Origin: Hemiscyllium ocellatum
Taxonomy: Eukaryota
Length of the DNA stretch: 64,000 nt
Direction of reading: 5' to 3'
NCBI RefSeq assembly: GCF_020745735.1
Contig: NC_083450.1
Span: 10,661,883-10,725,882, forward strand
The notes under the pieces are model-generated. The model ran no database searches. It had not been told where the DNA came from and saw nothing but the letters and a program-made list of their open reading frames with translations. Below are positions 13,438 to 26,300 of this stretch, one piece after another. The translations under genes were made by a program, and so were the position numbers. Each line of letters begins with the position of its first letter. Position 1 is the first letter of the stretch.

Positions 13438-13869
13438 ATCATTTAAAGGGAGTTTTATTTGTTTCCATCGGACACTCGTTGGAGCAAGATTAAATATATA
13501 CAAAATAATTTTATATTGTTTCCAACAAGCCGAGGATCCTTGCTAATCATTCAATATTATCCACTTCATCAATATAAGACGTTGTTCATTTTATTCATCA
13601 GTATCTCTGTGAAGGTGCTGATTAATGTGAGAGGAAAATGTTTTCATTTTATTCGTACTTGCGAATTAATTTCAATATCTAGGTTTCTTTAATTATTTTT
13701 AATGTGTGTCAATTAACAAAATACAGTGTCACACGAAAAAGAATCAGTACTAATTCTTGAATATTTCAGTTGAATTTTGTGAACAGATTCTTTTGGTTAG
13801 ATTTCATCGAATGCTGTTAAAAATTCATGGCATAAATTTATGTATTTATTTGTCAGTGGAAAATACGTT

Positions 13870-14255
13870 TCATAGAACATAGAATAAAGAACACTCCATT
13901 GTAGGAACATATTTTTTGTCCCATGCGGATGTATTGAACATGACGCCAAATTAAACTGATTGATTTTTCTGTCCCTGGCCTATATCCCTCCATTCATTCT
14001 TTTTTCAGGAATTTATTTAAAAGTCACGTAATATGCCTCCATAGTATCTGCCTCACCGCTACCCAGCAGCGTTTTACAAGCATCTTCACTCTCTCTGGAT
14101 AAAAAAACTGGTCCCTCACATCTCCTTTGAACTTTTCTCCTCTTACCTGAAATGCAAGTCCTGTAGTATGAAATATTGTAACTGAGAGAATAAGATTCTG
14201 ATTGCCAACCATATCTATTGCTCTTGTTAGTTTATACGTTTCGATCAGGTGTCTC
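13870..14255 (-). mobile_element. CR1 3' fragment
   Basis: catagaacatagaa tail. The minus-strand ORF RHLIETYKL...FKGDVRDQFF matches the CR1 ORF2 C-terminus. Confidence 0.7.
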
Positions 14256-14625
14256 ATTAGCCTAATCTAAGAAATTTGGTGCAGAGACTTCTGCACATGG
14301 ATAATTCTACTGGAGCTATGCATTGTTGAGTGCGGGATGACCCTATATTCGAACAGGCAAAAGGAAAGTTTGGCTTCGAGTGATATTGTAGACTGATGCA
14401 GTAAGCCTGCTTTCAATGTTTAGTCCGCTCTTTACACCATTCCTTTGGAAGATGGATGGTATGGAGTTGCCTTTATTGGGCGAGTGCTTTTCAACTTCAG
14501 GAAATAGTCAAATCCCCAGCTGATAAATAACGTCCCTTGTCTGTAACCAAAACGTCTTGTACCTTGATCTGGTCGTGCCAGGTTCGGAAAGGTTTCAATC
14601 CTGTTTGCAATTACCCTTCTTTCTG

Positions 14626-15790
14626 AAAGAACAATGAACAATGAAAAATGAACAAAGAACAAAGAAAAGTTATGCCCAGGAACAGGCGCTTCTGCCCTCC
14701 AAGCCTGAGCTGATAAAAATCCCTTGTCGAAACGCATCACCCAATTCCTAAGTATTTGTATCCCTCTGCTCCCCACTTAATCATGCATCTGTCCAGACGC
14801 ACCTTAAATGAACTTACCATGCCTGCATCTACCACCTCTGCTGGCAACGTGATCCAGGTGGTTGCCACCCTCTGCGTAAAGTACTTACCGCATATATTCC
14901 CACTTAAGCTTTTCTCCTCTCACATTGAACGCGTGTACCCCTTTATTGTATCCTTTACCCTGTGAAAAAGCTTATTTCTACCTACCCTGTCTATACCCTT
15001 CATGATTTCATAAATCTCAATTAGGCTACCCCCTCAATCTTCTTTTATCTAATGAAAAAAATCTTAATCTACTCAACCTATTTTATAGCTAGCACCTTCC
15101 ATACCAGGCAACGTTGTCGTAAACCTTCTCTGTACCCTCTCCAAAACAACCACATCCTTTGGGCAATTTGGCGACCAAAACTGTACACAGTATTATAATT
15201 GCAGCCGAACCAAGGTCTTGTACAATGTTAACATGATCTGCCAGCTCTAAACTCAATACCATGGTCCAATGATGGCAAGCATACCATATGTCTTCTTGAC
15301 CATTCTATCCACCCGTGCAGCAACCTTCAGGATACAATGGACTTGAACTCTCAGATCTCTCTGCTCATCAACTTTTCTCAAGGCTCTTCCGTTCACTGTA
15401 TAATTTGATCTAGAATTAGACTTGCCAAAATTTGTCACCTTACATTTGCCAGGACTGAACTCCATCTGCCACTTCTCCAACCAACTCTACAGTCTATATG
15501 TAGTCTCATGTATTATTTGACAGGAGAAAGTGAAGTCTGCAGATGCTGGAGATCAGAGCTGAAAATGTCTTGCTGAAAAAGCGCAGCAGGTCAGGCAGCA
15601 TCCACGGAACAGGAAATTCGACATTTCGGCGGGCGTATGCCCGAAACGTCGAATTTCCTGTTCCTTGGATGCTGCCTGACCTGCTGTGCTTTTCCAGCAA
15701 CACAGTTTCAGCTCTGTATTATTTGACAGTCCCATATTCTTTCTGCTACTCCACTAATCTTCGTATCATCTGTAAACTTGCTGATCATAC
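14626..15790 (-). mobile_element. CR1 LINE 3' part with (AGAACAA)n-like tail, interrupted by a hairpin insert
   Basis: MEFSPGKCKVTNFGK...RDLRVQVH. Collinear with the copy at 61180-62980. Confidence 0.9.
15524..15715. mobile_element. Penelope-end-derived hairpin insertion with 14-bp TSD
   Basis: Inverted repeat at 15555-15715. gtattatttgacag occurs at both 15510-15523 and 15716-15729. Confidence 0.85.
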
Positions 15791-15879
15791 TAGCAGTGGC
15801 CTCATGCAGACCATTTATGTGATCATCTGAGCTGCTGCACTTTTCCAGCTCAACACGTTTCGACATTTAGCAGTGTGGG

Positions 15880-18800
15880 TATGGTTTATTCATGTGTACC
15901 AGAAGAAGCAGGTAAATCAATTTTGAAAATTAAAGATAAAGTAGCAAGTTCATCTTTTCTGGTTTGAGTTGATGAAGTATGCAGTTCAGAAGAAGTACTG
16001 CCAGTACAAGGGGATAATTTGTGTAATTCGTGTTGAATTATGTAAGGTGACATTGGAGAGTCAGACAAAAGCAGTTATGGAGATGAAGTGTTGCGGACAA
16101 CACGAGTTACCAATAGGTGGTCATTTGGATGTGACGAGCTCAAGTCAAAGTACAAAATAATTTTAACTCGCCTGAACTGTACAGTGATGTATTTCAATTT
16201 TTCTGAACATGTCAGCGCAGAGGAAAGTCTTTGGTAATGATAAATTCAGCACAGTTAAAGCTTATCTTCCACTTCTTCAGGAAAGTTTTTACAAGAGTAT
16301 AATTGATCATGTAAGACACTTTCCTAAAATAAATTGTGAGAATCTGCATTTGGTGATCATAATGGATCTCTCTACAAGATATCCAGAAGCCATTTCATTC
16401 CGTATTACTACAGTGAAAAGGAGTGTAGAAGAGACACTCTTTTTTTTTTAACCAGGTGCAGCTTAACCATAGATATATATTCAAGTTTTGCATGAAAATT
16501 ATTCAAGGAAGTTGTGGGTAGCTTAGAAATAAAGTGTTGTATACAAAACTATATACAATCCAGAATCATAACCAGCATTAGAATGGCGAGCAAACTTTAA
16601 AAGCCATGTTCAGAGCTTATGGTCATGACTACTAATGGCTTGGCATAAAGGAACTCCTATTGTACTTTTTGCACATGGGAATGCACATAATGGATTGGCT
16701 CAAGTGAAATAGCTGTCAGAGATGTGACGATCTCTGAAATTAATGACGGAAAAATTGATAATTCAGAGTATATAGTCCAGAGATTTTGATTATGCGCCAA
16801 AGTTTGGGCAAAGATTTAATAGAGTGGGTAAATTAGCTAGACAAAATTTGAAAGCAACACGCCATGTGATGAGAAAGGAGGCAAGCAATCAAAAATTTAG
16901 TTTTGATGGAGGAGAGAAGTATTGGTATTAGAACCAATCGCAGGTGAAACATTAAAAGCAAGTTAGTGGACCTCATCAAATCAAAAGAAAATCGAATGGG
17001 ATGAATATGCTCAAAAGGTGTTTTGTTAGAAATGAAAGCAAAAGGAGAATTATTCTTTGAAACAGAGAGTTCAACTGATTATGATTTGGCTATGACTCAA
17101 TTCCAAATGGACAATGAGGAAAAAATTTTAAATAGTGTTACCACCAGAGAAAAATCGAAATGAACCGAAGGTGTCATAACAATCAATTGTAGAGATATGT
17201 GAGAATTAGGTGGGAAGTCCTTACAAGTTTTGGCATGATGTAGAAATAGGATATGCCTTTACCATTAAACAACGTCCTTATGGACTCAACCCGCTAAAAT
17301 TGGTGGTTTCAAAAAGAGATTGAAAACATGTTCAAAGATGACATAGTCGAAGTGAGTTGCAGTCAAATGGAGCTCATCCATTATAATGCTGCCAGAAAAT
17401 GGTAGCTGACAATTGCGTGTGGGCTTCCGCAATGATAATTCAGTTGCAAAATTTGATTCATGTCCTATTTCCTTTTTAGAAGACGATATTGAGAAGTTGG
17501 GGCAAGCAATCGACATTCCAACGTTGGACTCTTTTGCAGGATGCTGACAGCTACGTTTACTGGAAGTGCCAAGGAAACTTCAGCTTTTATAACACCAAAT
17601 GGACTTTAACATTTACAGTCATGCCTTTCAGTGTGCAGAAGATGCAACTGCATTCCAAACTCTATCCAAAACAGTCACGCCAATATTAGCGAATTGTTTG
17701 ATGTACAGAGACGAACTGATGATTTTTTTTATCAGATGTCGAAGCAGATTTTGGTGCATGAGTTCATCTGGAGCCAGGGATAAATCTGGCGAAGAGTGAG
17801 TACACAAAACCCTATGTGTTGTTCCCGGACCATGTCATTGGACGCGAACTGGTGGACCGCACGTGTTGTTCAGACAAAGAGTAGCTTATTGTGGAGTCTC
17901 CCTTACAATAACCAAACAAGGGAGTACTACGATTATTGAGACTGAGTGTTTTTTATTCGAAATTCATAACGAAGTTTAGCAGTGTGGTTGCTTCATTGAC
18001 TGATCTATCGAGTCATGAAGTTATGGAGATGAACAGCATGGAAACAGACCCTTCGGTCCGACTCGTCGAAGCCGACCAGATGTCCCAAAGCAATCTGGTC
18101 CTACCTGCAAGCACCTGGCCTATATCCCTCCAAACGCTTCCTATTTGCATACCTATCCAAATGCCTTTTAAATATTGCAATTGTTCTCGACTCCAGTACT
18201 TCCTCCAGCTTCTCATTCCATGCACATGCTATCCTCTGCATGAAAGTGTTGCCCCTTAGGTCTCTTTTACATCTTTCCCCCTCACCCTAAGCCTATGTCC
18301 TCTATTTCTGGGTTCCCCCACTCCACGGAAAAGACTATGTCTATTTATCCTATCCATGCCTCTCATGATTTTATGAAACCCTAGAAGGTCACCACTCAAC
18401 CTCCGACGCTCCAGGGAAAAGAGCCCCTGCCTATTCAATCTCTACATGTAGCTCAAATAATCCAATCCTGGCAAAATCCTTGTAAACTCTTCTGAATCCT
18501 TTCAAGTTTCACAACATTATTCCGATAGGAAGGAGACAAGAATTGCACGCAATATTCCAACAGTGGCCTAACCAATGTCCTGTACAGACGCAACATGACC
18601 TCCCAACTCATTTGCTTCATACTCTGACCAATAAAGGAAAGCATACCAATCGCCTTCTTTACTATTCTATCTGCCTGCAACTCCATTTTCAAGGCACTAT
18701 GAACCTGCACTCCAAGGTCTCTTTGTTCAACAACACTCCCTTGAACCTTACCATTAATTGTATAAGTCCTGCTAAGATTTGCTTTCCCACCTCACATTTA

Positions 18801-19600
18801 AGTAAATTAAACTCTATCTGCCACTTCTCGGCCCATTGGCCCATCTAATCAAAGTCCCGTAGCAATCTGAGGTAACATTTTCGTTGTCCACTTCAGCTCC
18901 AATTTTAGTGTCATCTGCAAACTTACTCATTTTCCCGCTTAAGCTCACATCACAATCATTTATATAAATGATGAAAAGTAGTGGACCCAGCACCGATCCT
19001 TGTGACACTCCGTGGTCATAGGCCTCCAGTCTCAAAAACAATCCTGCACCACCACCCAGTCTTCTACCTTTGAGCCAGTTCTGATCAGTCTCCTATGGGG
19101 AATCTTGTCGAAGTCCATACTGATTTGTTGAAGAAGTGCATAACCTTTCAGTAGGTGGAAGTGTCAAAAGGCATTTGACAATCCAAATGTCGTGGTGACC
19201 ACTGCTATATTGTGAGCAACCACAATGTCATTCGAGGTGACCATCAGTGTTAGTGATGTGTGTTTTGGAGTTGTAGAATTACAAGAGGACGATGGGAAGT
19301 TCGATACATATAGAGTGCTTTGTACATGAATGTTAAATAGTCGTCACCCGAAAAATTACACAGTTAAGAAGGAGACCTTGAGTTTGGTCTTGGCATTGCA
19401 ACATTTCATTATGTAACCAATAATGTATCTGAAACAATTGTACATAATGATTTCAACCCCTTAACACTTTTGGGGTAAAACAAGATAAAAAATATCTGAC
19501 TGTTTCGATGGATTTAATGGTTGCAGCCATTTAATTTGAAAATTACACAATGGTATGAAATGAGAACATAATTTCCCATGTGTTGTCTCATCTGTGATGA
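15880..19600 (+). mobile_element. Second Gmr1-type gypsy element, decayed (IN before RT and RH), interrupted by CR1
   Basis: Integrase DLSTRYPEAIS (~16.37 kb), RT (~17.25-17.95 kb, TVMPFSV), RNase H remnants (~19.15-19.59 kb). Confidence 0.8.
18010..19110 (-). mobile_element. CR1 3' fragment nested in the gypsy element
   Basis: [19 protein letters not shown]...FADDTK, LVRPLLEYCVQF, and the 3' UTR ending at ~18010. Confidence 0.9.
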
Positions 19601-19660
19601 AGGAACACAAAGGTGTTCATTGGCAGAAGAAACAGAATGAAGTGGACTGCCGTATTGAAT

Positions 19661-19872
19661 CTGAAAAATGTGTTGCTGGAAAAGCGCAGCAGGTCAGGCA
19701 GCATCCAAGGAGCAGGAGAATCGACTTTTCGGCCATAAGCCCTTCTTCAGGACAGAGCTTATGCCCGAAACGTCGATTCACCTCCTCCTTGGATGCTACC
19801 TGACCTGCTGCGCTTCTCCAGCAACACATTTTCCAGCTCTGATCTCCAGCATATGCAGTCCTCACTTTCTCC
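19661..19872. mobile_element. Second Penelope-end-derived hairpin insertion with 14-bp TSD
   Basis: Inverted repeat flanked by ctgccgtattgaat (19647-19660) and ctgtcgtattgaat (19873-19886). Confidence 0.82.
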
Positions 19873-21779
19873 CTGTCGTATTGAATGTTAGCATTTTTAG
19901 ATTTAACGCAATGTACAAGCATTTTAGTGCACTAATTATGTAAGGTGAAATTGTTTCCAAAAGGAAAGCTTCTTTTTATTTCTGTGGTTCATTTTTACGT
20001 GTGGATGTGTGATGATGCTATGTAGATTTCACGAGGAAAGGTTGAGACAAACGTGGCGAGCGGTCTGATCCATGCCAAAAAGTAAATAAAATTTTCAAAA
20101 CTGTTGTAACAATAGAAGCAGCATGCATCTGCCGAGTCAGGATCCCACAGAATCAGGAATTTCGTTTATCTTTAAGTAGTTGTTGGGGTATTGCGGCTGG
20201 AGTTGGAAGCTTCTACTCATCTCCATGTAAGCGCCAAAAACTGGAAGAATTGGATATGAGGCAATCTATTTTTACTGAATTTGTCTGTGCTCCAGGATGT
20301 GTTGAAAGGATGTTAAGATAGCAGAATAGTTGCTGTTCATCGTTAAATAATCTATTATAATATAAAGTTAAACCAATTCTTCTGGCTTTAGTTTTCATGT
20401 TGAGTATTTCGTAAAAATAAATTGTATTTTGCTTGAAACTATGTAGTGTAAATAAACGAATTATATTCGGGACAAAGCACCATACACTTGCCTTTAAATG
20501 CATTAAGAGAAAATTTAACATCTGGTTTATTTCTGTGTTTTCTTAGAAAGGGATTTGGTCCAGTCCATAACAGGTGCTGTTAGAATCTTCGTTGCATTTT
20601 CAATGCTTTTGTTCACTTCATGAATCTTTCCATTGTGGATAGCAGATTTTTTTTAAAAATACAACAAGCCAAGCAAGCTGTTGTTTGCTTGCGAGTCCAG
20701 GCCTTGAAATTAATTGCTATTGACTCTTACCTAAAAGGTAACACAGACTCTTCGACATCAGGGAAGACCAGCATGTTTTCCCAGATAGCAATTGATTGGC
20801 GATGATCAACGTCATTACGGTGGAATTGGTTCCAGATATTCTGAGAGAAGCATTATGTTCAAGCAGGTGATAAATGTTGAACGTTAACTGGCAACTTATT
20901 GGGAGATCGTCATTCTGCAATGGAGAGGCCAGAGCTTGATTTGATAAGTTAAGTGCATTTTCTGTGAGAAGGAGTTTTGCTGTTGCGGCTGCAGCATGTG
21001 AGGTCAAAAGCTCCCTCTCCGATACCGCCCCACACTCCACCACCTCCCACGCACCCACCACCCCCCGAATAATAGCTGCTGGCTATTCAGAGAGTAGAAA
21101 TTAGGTAATAATTACCCTTCACTTCCTCGGAGTGAACTGAAAATCTGGGCCTGAACATCTTCGAAAAAGATGTGTTTTGAACATTGCTTGATGTAAACCA
21201 CTTAAGTAATCAAGTCCGTTTTGTTATTTTCTTCTGCTTGTGCTTTCACGGTGTTAGTTTGTCTTTATGTCCTTTGCGTGATTGGGACTGGAAACAAAAC
21301 TTATTTGTTTTACATCAAATGAATGAATTACTTTCCTTAATTCTTTAATTTTGTTCTACCTAAGTACGTTTGCTTTTTATTCTTGCCTGAAGTTAGATGC
21401 AACGAAAAGTATCGTTTTGTGTACTAGCGAGAACAAAATCAAAAGTTACATATTACTGGTAACAAAACAGAATGCACACTATAGTGTTACTGCTACAGCG
21501 AAGGTGAAGAGGAAGATCAACTCTAATGCATGAGTGTTCCATTCACAAGTCGGATATCAGCGGAGAAGATGTTCTTGAATTTGTTGATATGTGTTTTCAA
21601 CAATAAGGTGCAACAGAAAATTGCCATGGTGGGAGGAGTCTTTTATTATGTCGGATGCTTTGCAGAGGCAGTGAGAAATGTAGATGCAGCCAGTAAAAAG
21701 AAGGTTGGCTTTAAAGTAATTTCTTGTTCAGAGCAGTTGCCATGCTCAGCTGTGATGCATCTGGATAGGATGCTTTCCA

Positions 21780-22130
21780 TTGTGCACCCATAAAAATTAA
21801 GTCACTGTGAAAATGCTGAATTCCCCAAGCCTTCTGAAGAAATAGCAGAGTTGATGTGTTTTCGTGACTATAGTGTCGACGTCTATGAATTAACATGCAT
21901 TGTTGGCGATATTTACTCCGAGGAATTTGAAGCTCTCGATCGTCGTGGCCTCAGATTCGCTGAACTAGAAAGGAGGTCTCCTTCATTCACAGGCCGAAAT
22001 CGCTGGTTAGCTTATTCGTTTTGCTACTTTGAGGTAAAGTGTGTTGCCTTTACAATGTTGAGGTAGCCCCTGAACAGAGTGGCACAATACATACACTTGT
22101 TGGCATAAATATTGCTCAGTAAGAAAAATT
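21780..22130 (-). mobile_element. Ancient Rex1/Babar-like LINE fragment (also present at ~57750-57990)
   Basis: Decayed RT-like sequence (aggaatttgaagctctc / agaaactcgaagctctc) at the equivalent position in both duplicated blocks. The family assignment is from memory. Confidence 0.45.
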
Positions 22131-23009
22131 GCTTGCCTGACCAACATTAAAGTTATGCTGTAAGCTAGCAGAACGGTACCTTTGGAAACGCAACGACGGA
22201 AGGTCACAACGTCTGCTTTGAAGAAAGATTCTTACAAATTATTATAGAAGGAGTTCTTCACAAGCAGCAATTGCAGAAATCTGTAGGAGACAATTTGATT
22301 TAAAAAAGAAGCCGAAGAACAGACAGCCTGAAGTTTGTAGCAAGAATTAAAGAGAAAAATAGGATCACATAATTAGACACACAGATGATAACGGTGACAA
22401 TATGACTCGTAAAAATCTAGAACATCAAACAAGTTCATTGAGGTGAGAAAGTAATTGAGTTTAATGCCAAGATTGCTGTCTTATTATGTTAAAGTGTTAA
22501 TCAATGAAGGACCACTAAAGTTCATCCGAGAACATAGTCTGTGAGTACAATGAGTTAAAATACACACACACACTGGAGCAGCAGTGTTGTATCTGAGTCT
22601 TCAATGCCAGATGAGTAAGAAAACGCTCACGATTCACTAGCTATAGAATACTAATAGCAGAGGTAATCTTAAAACTCTACATATAATTATCTATAAAGAA
22701 TAATTCAAGTTGAGAATCTTATTGCAATTGCAGTAGGAGCTAACTTCCTTTAGAATTTCCTTTGATTAGGGCAGTGGGAAGTATAAAATGAGTAACAGAA
22801 TTTGACAGGGATAGCAATGATAAAATGAAAAACAAAATTTGAACCGTCCTTAGAGATAAGCAAGTCTGGGAAATGTTCAGGAGAATAAAAGCATTAAATT
22901 GTATGAATGAATGGGATATACTGTAACTCTTAGGCCTCATGATTACAATCCCTAGTAAACATGATGAGATCATGGGGAACCTAGGATTGTCCATAGAGGT
23001 GCCGATCAT

Positions 23010-23333
23010 TGATTAGATTAGATTAGATTACTTACAGTGTGGAAACAGGCCCTTCGGCACAACAAGTCCACACCGACCCGCCGAAGCGCAACCCACCCAT
23101 ACCCCTACATTATCCCTTACCCCTTACCACTACGGGCAATTTAGAACGGCCAATTCACCTGACCCGCACATCTTTGGACTGTGGGAGGAAACCGGAGCAC
23201 CCGGAGGAAACCCACGCAGACACGGGGAGAACGTGCAAACTCCACACAGTCAGTCGCCTGAGTCGGGAATTGAACCCGGGTCTTCCATGCGCTGTGAGGC
23301 AGCAGTGCTAACCACTGTGCCACCGTGCCGCCC
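23010..23333 (-). mobile_element. HE1-type V-SINE, young
   Basis: Full head gggcggcacggtggcacagtggttagcactgctgcctcacagc, V-domain and (TAATC)n tail. Near-identical to the copy at 56513-56826. Confidence 0.95.
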
Positions 23334-26300
23334 ACAAATCTAGTATTTCCCAGATTGGGTGCCCACACGAACGAGAAAGGAACAATGGCAATCTTGCTTG
23401 CAATTACTATCGCGCAGAACGTATGAAAATGCTATATCCCCGGGAGAAAACAGAGCATCATTGACTTCGCTTCAAATCTGAAATGAATATTAGGACGACC
23501 ATCAGCCCCAACATATAGGCCAGATTCGGAGTTTTCTCTGGTTGATCCCATTAGTGTGGCAAAGCACTTGAATAAAAATCAATTGGACTTCTGAATACAA
23601 GGCTGCTCTTGGGAATTTCTCCCCAACAACACCATGCCACGAAGCTTTCTGTCCCTTTCCTGCACTCTGTATCGTTTGAGATCTGACCAACTAAGGTGGT
23701 GTTATGAGAGCTGAATTTGACCACACTGTCGTGAGTGTATAAGAAATTTAGTAAGGAGTTGAGGAAACAGCCATGTGGGGTATCAGTGTTGAAGATTATT
23801 TTGGATTAGGTATTGTTGCCTATCCTTCCTAATTATGGTCAGTGTCAAGAAATCAAATTTCCAGTTGCTGAGGGGTGGGGTGGGGAGGTGTGTGCAGAGT
23901 CCGAGATCATGGTGTTTCGAGATGAGTTTTGTTGTAATGGTGGTGTTGAAGGTGAAGCTATAGTCAACAAATAGGTGATAAAATATACGTGCATTCGCAA
24001 TGTGTTCCAAATAAATTGGTGCTTAATATTCAAGCTACAAACCCCGTGTCTAGAATTCCTTACTTGAAGGTCTGGAATGGGTCGCTCAAAAAGTTTCACT
24101 CATAACCATTGAAGTAAATTGTGAGGGTCTTGGACGTTTTAAATTTTACTGTGGTGAAAACACAGAGGTGGAAAGTCTGATATGGTTCACCTGCCTTTCT
24201 CTGTGTGGCAAGAGTATGCACATGTTAATTTTCCAAACCACACATGGATTAGGAAAGTTTCTATCAAATTGCAACATAGCAGATATCTGTATTCAAAAGG
24301 TAGAGAGGTACCTAATTGGAAATTATGGGCAATTTAGCTCAGCTTCCATCACAGGAAAAGTGCTTCAATCAGTTGTTAAAAAGATATGACAACATATCTG
24401 GTCACACACATGATATTCCTGAACTGTGGCACGATGTAGTGATGATTCAATTAAGTTCAATCAGTTAATTAGACTATTGAAGAAGTTACTTCAGTTGCAG
24501 AAACATAAAAGAGTCACAGCATAGAATTTCTTCTCTTGTTCTCATGAGTATTCTGTTTGATCCATTAGTCCGTGTCATTATTTTTTAACATTATGTTAGA
24601 TTGAGTACTGGTACTCTTACGCGGCCATTATGATACTTGATTACATCCAAACTGCAGTTACAAATTCTTCGAGAAGTGAAAACAACTTGTTTCTAGTCTT
24701 GTCTTATTGAATTTGTAAATTGTGTTATGAAGTGTTGCAAATATAGTAAACATTTCGCATTTATGTTTCTCTAGAGTATTTTTGCGACCTTATAAGGAAA
24801 TTTAAAACAAAAAGAAAATGATTTGGAAGCACGACAATATGGAAATATTTGCTGAAATGTTGCAAGGGCAGACGTTATATTGGTCCATAAGAGGGTAATT
24901 CGAAATTTGATGTTACTTCAACTACATCCCTATAGAGGGATGCTTGCACACTTTGAAATAAAAATCCAAACTTTTATGAACGGGTTTTCAATTCCATACC
25001 TAGAATATTTATAGTACTTAATAGTGACAAGTTCCATACATTTAAGTTTTGGAAAGTGTGACACAACATGTTTGAGTCACTGTTGGTTAATTAAGATAAG
25101 AGATATTCCTGAGGATGAATTGAACATTTTGAGGGAGTGCTGCTTTAATTGTAGGTTGTGCAAGGAATAACTTGATATTACGTAACAGAATGGCCTACAG
25201 ACATCGAGATGTCTCATCGATTATGGTCAACCAATATTGATTCACAGTCTTTGTCTTCAGGAGGGATCCCGAACTCTTGCAAAATATTGCTCAAAAGGTG
25301 GAATAAGCATTAACGGTTCGGATTTTATCACTGTCAAAGGTTTTCCCGTTACGTTTTATGTGCGAAATGGTCTGCAAAACTGAATTGCATCTCTGTGTAT
25401 TTCAAGCCAATTAAAAATGTTCTGGCGTTTTGCCTCAAGTCTGCCTTACATTGATACCTCGCATGCTACCACAACATGTTCTTTATCTGACCCACCAGTA
25501 ATACAATTTGCCCAGTTTCCATCAGCCTAAATATGCAATGATCTCCCTTTTCTCGTTAAGACTTCATTTTTAGATATTAACATTCTAGGATGAACTCAAA
25601 TTCATTTTCTTTGTACGCTTTTTGGTACAACTGAGATAGATTTTCATCTTCTTATTGTACTTCAACTGATCTCTCTGAATTATAAAAATACCTGCTTAGT
25701 CCATCACATGCGATTGCTTTTGTTTCTCAACCATTTGATCAAATGTAATTTCGATAATCGAACTTCAAATTACTTATCTTTATACTTCGATTTTTCCTCC
25801 AAATTCAACCTGTGGTGTTGCGGCCTTGTTACGATGCAATAAGTTAAACTCACATGATGTATTTCATTTAACAGCTTAGTGGCCTGATTTCTTACTCGTT
25901 TTTGAAATAAAGTAGGCTTTACTCCCAGTCGTGCTCCAGTAAGTTCTTTCCCAAGGCGATAGTATCTCTGCAACTGAGAATTTCTCTACTACTCCGACAA
26001 TCAATTCAGTACTTTTCACCAGACTCTCCAGCATCACCTTATTTAATGGAACACTTCTTCTTCACATAGTCCCACCTTTTCTAACGATCCTCTTTCTTCA
26101 TTTCTCACAGTGAAAGATTGATTTGCTCATATATTTCTTAAAATGTTAATTTCGTTACCTACTGTTCTTCTTACCTATGAGTAAATCTTTCCTACACAGA
26201 TATATATTCTAAGGAAATCTGGTAATTTCTTACAAACCAAACCCTAAACTTCATTTTGCAGTTTTCTATCTTGCACTCGTATATAGTTTACAAATTCAAT

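Larger units (their letters stand above)
20570..25410 (+). repeat. Segmental duplication, copy A (paralogous to 56140-61130)
   Basis: At least ten collinear anchors. Examples: atctttccattgtggata (~20624/~56233), agtatcgttttgtgtacta (~21408/~57310), agatcaactctaatg (~21514/~57419), gttttaaattttact (~24136/~59741), ggaaagtgtga (~25051/~60640). Confidence 0.85.

Noticed and set aside
13000-13546. Several long ORFs
   Set aside because: Artefacts of the N run.
23260-23333. tRNA-like sequences (also ~56513-56590 and ~12114-12185) as tRNA genes
   Set aside because: They are the tRNA-derived heads of HE1-type SINEs, followed by the V-domain and LINE-like tail.
20570-25410. Duplicated block as one large dispersed transposon
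   Set aside because: No terminal repeats or coherent transposon ORF, and it contains shared nested old LINE fragments. This fits a segmental duplication better, although copy number was not testable.
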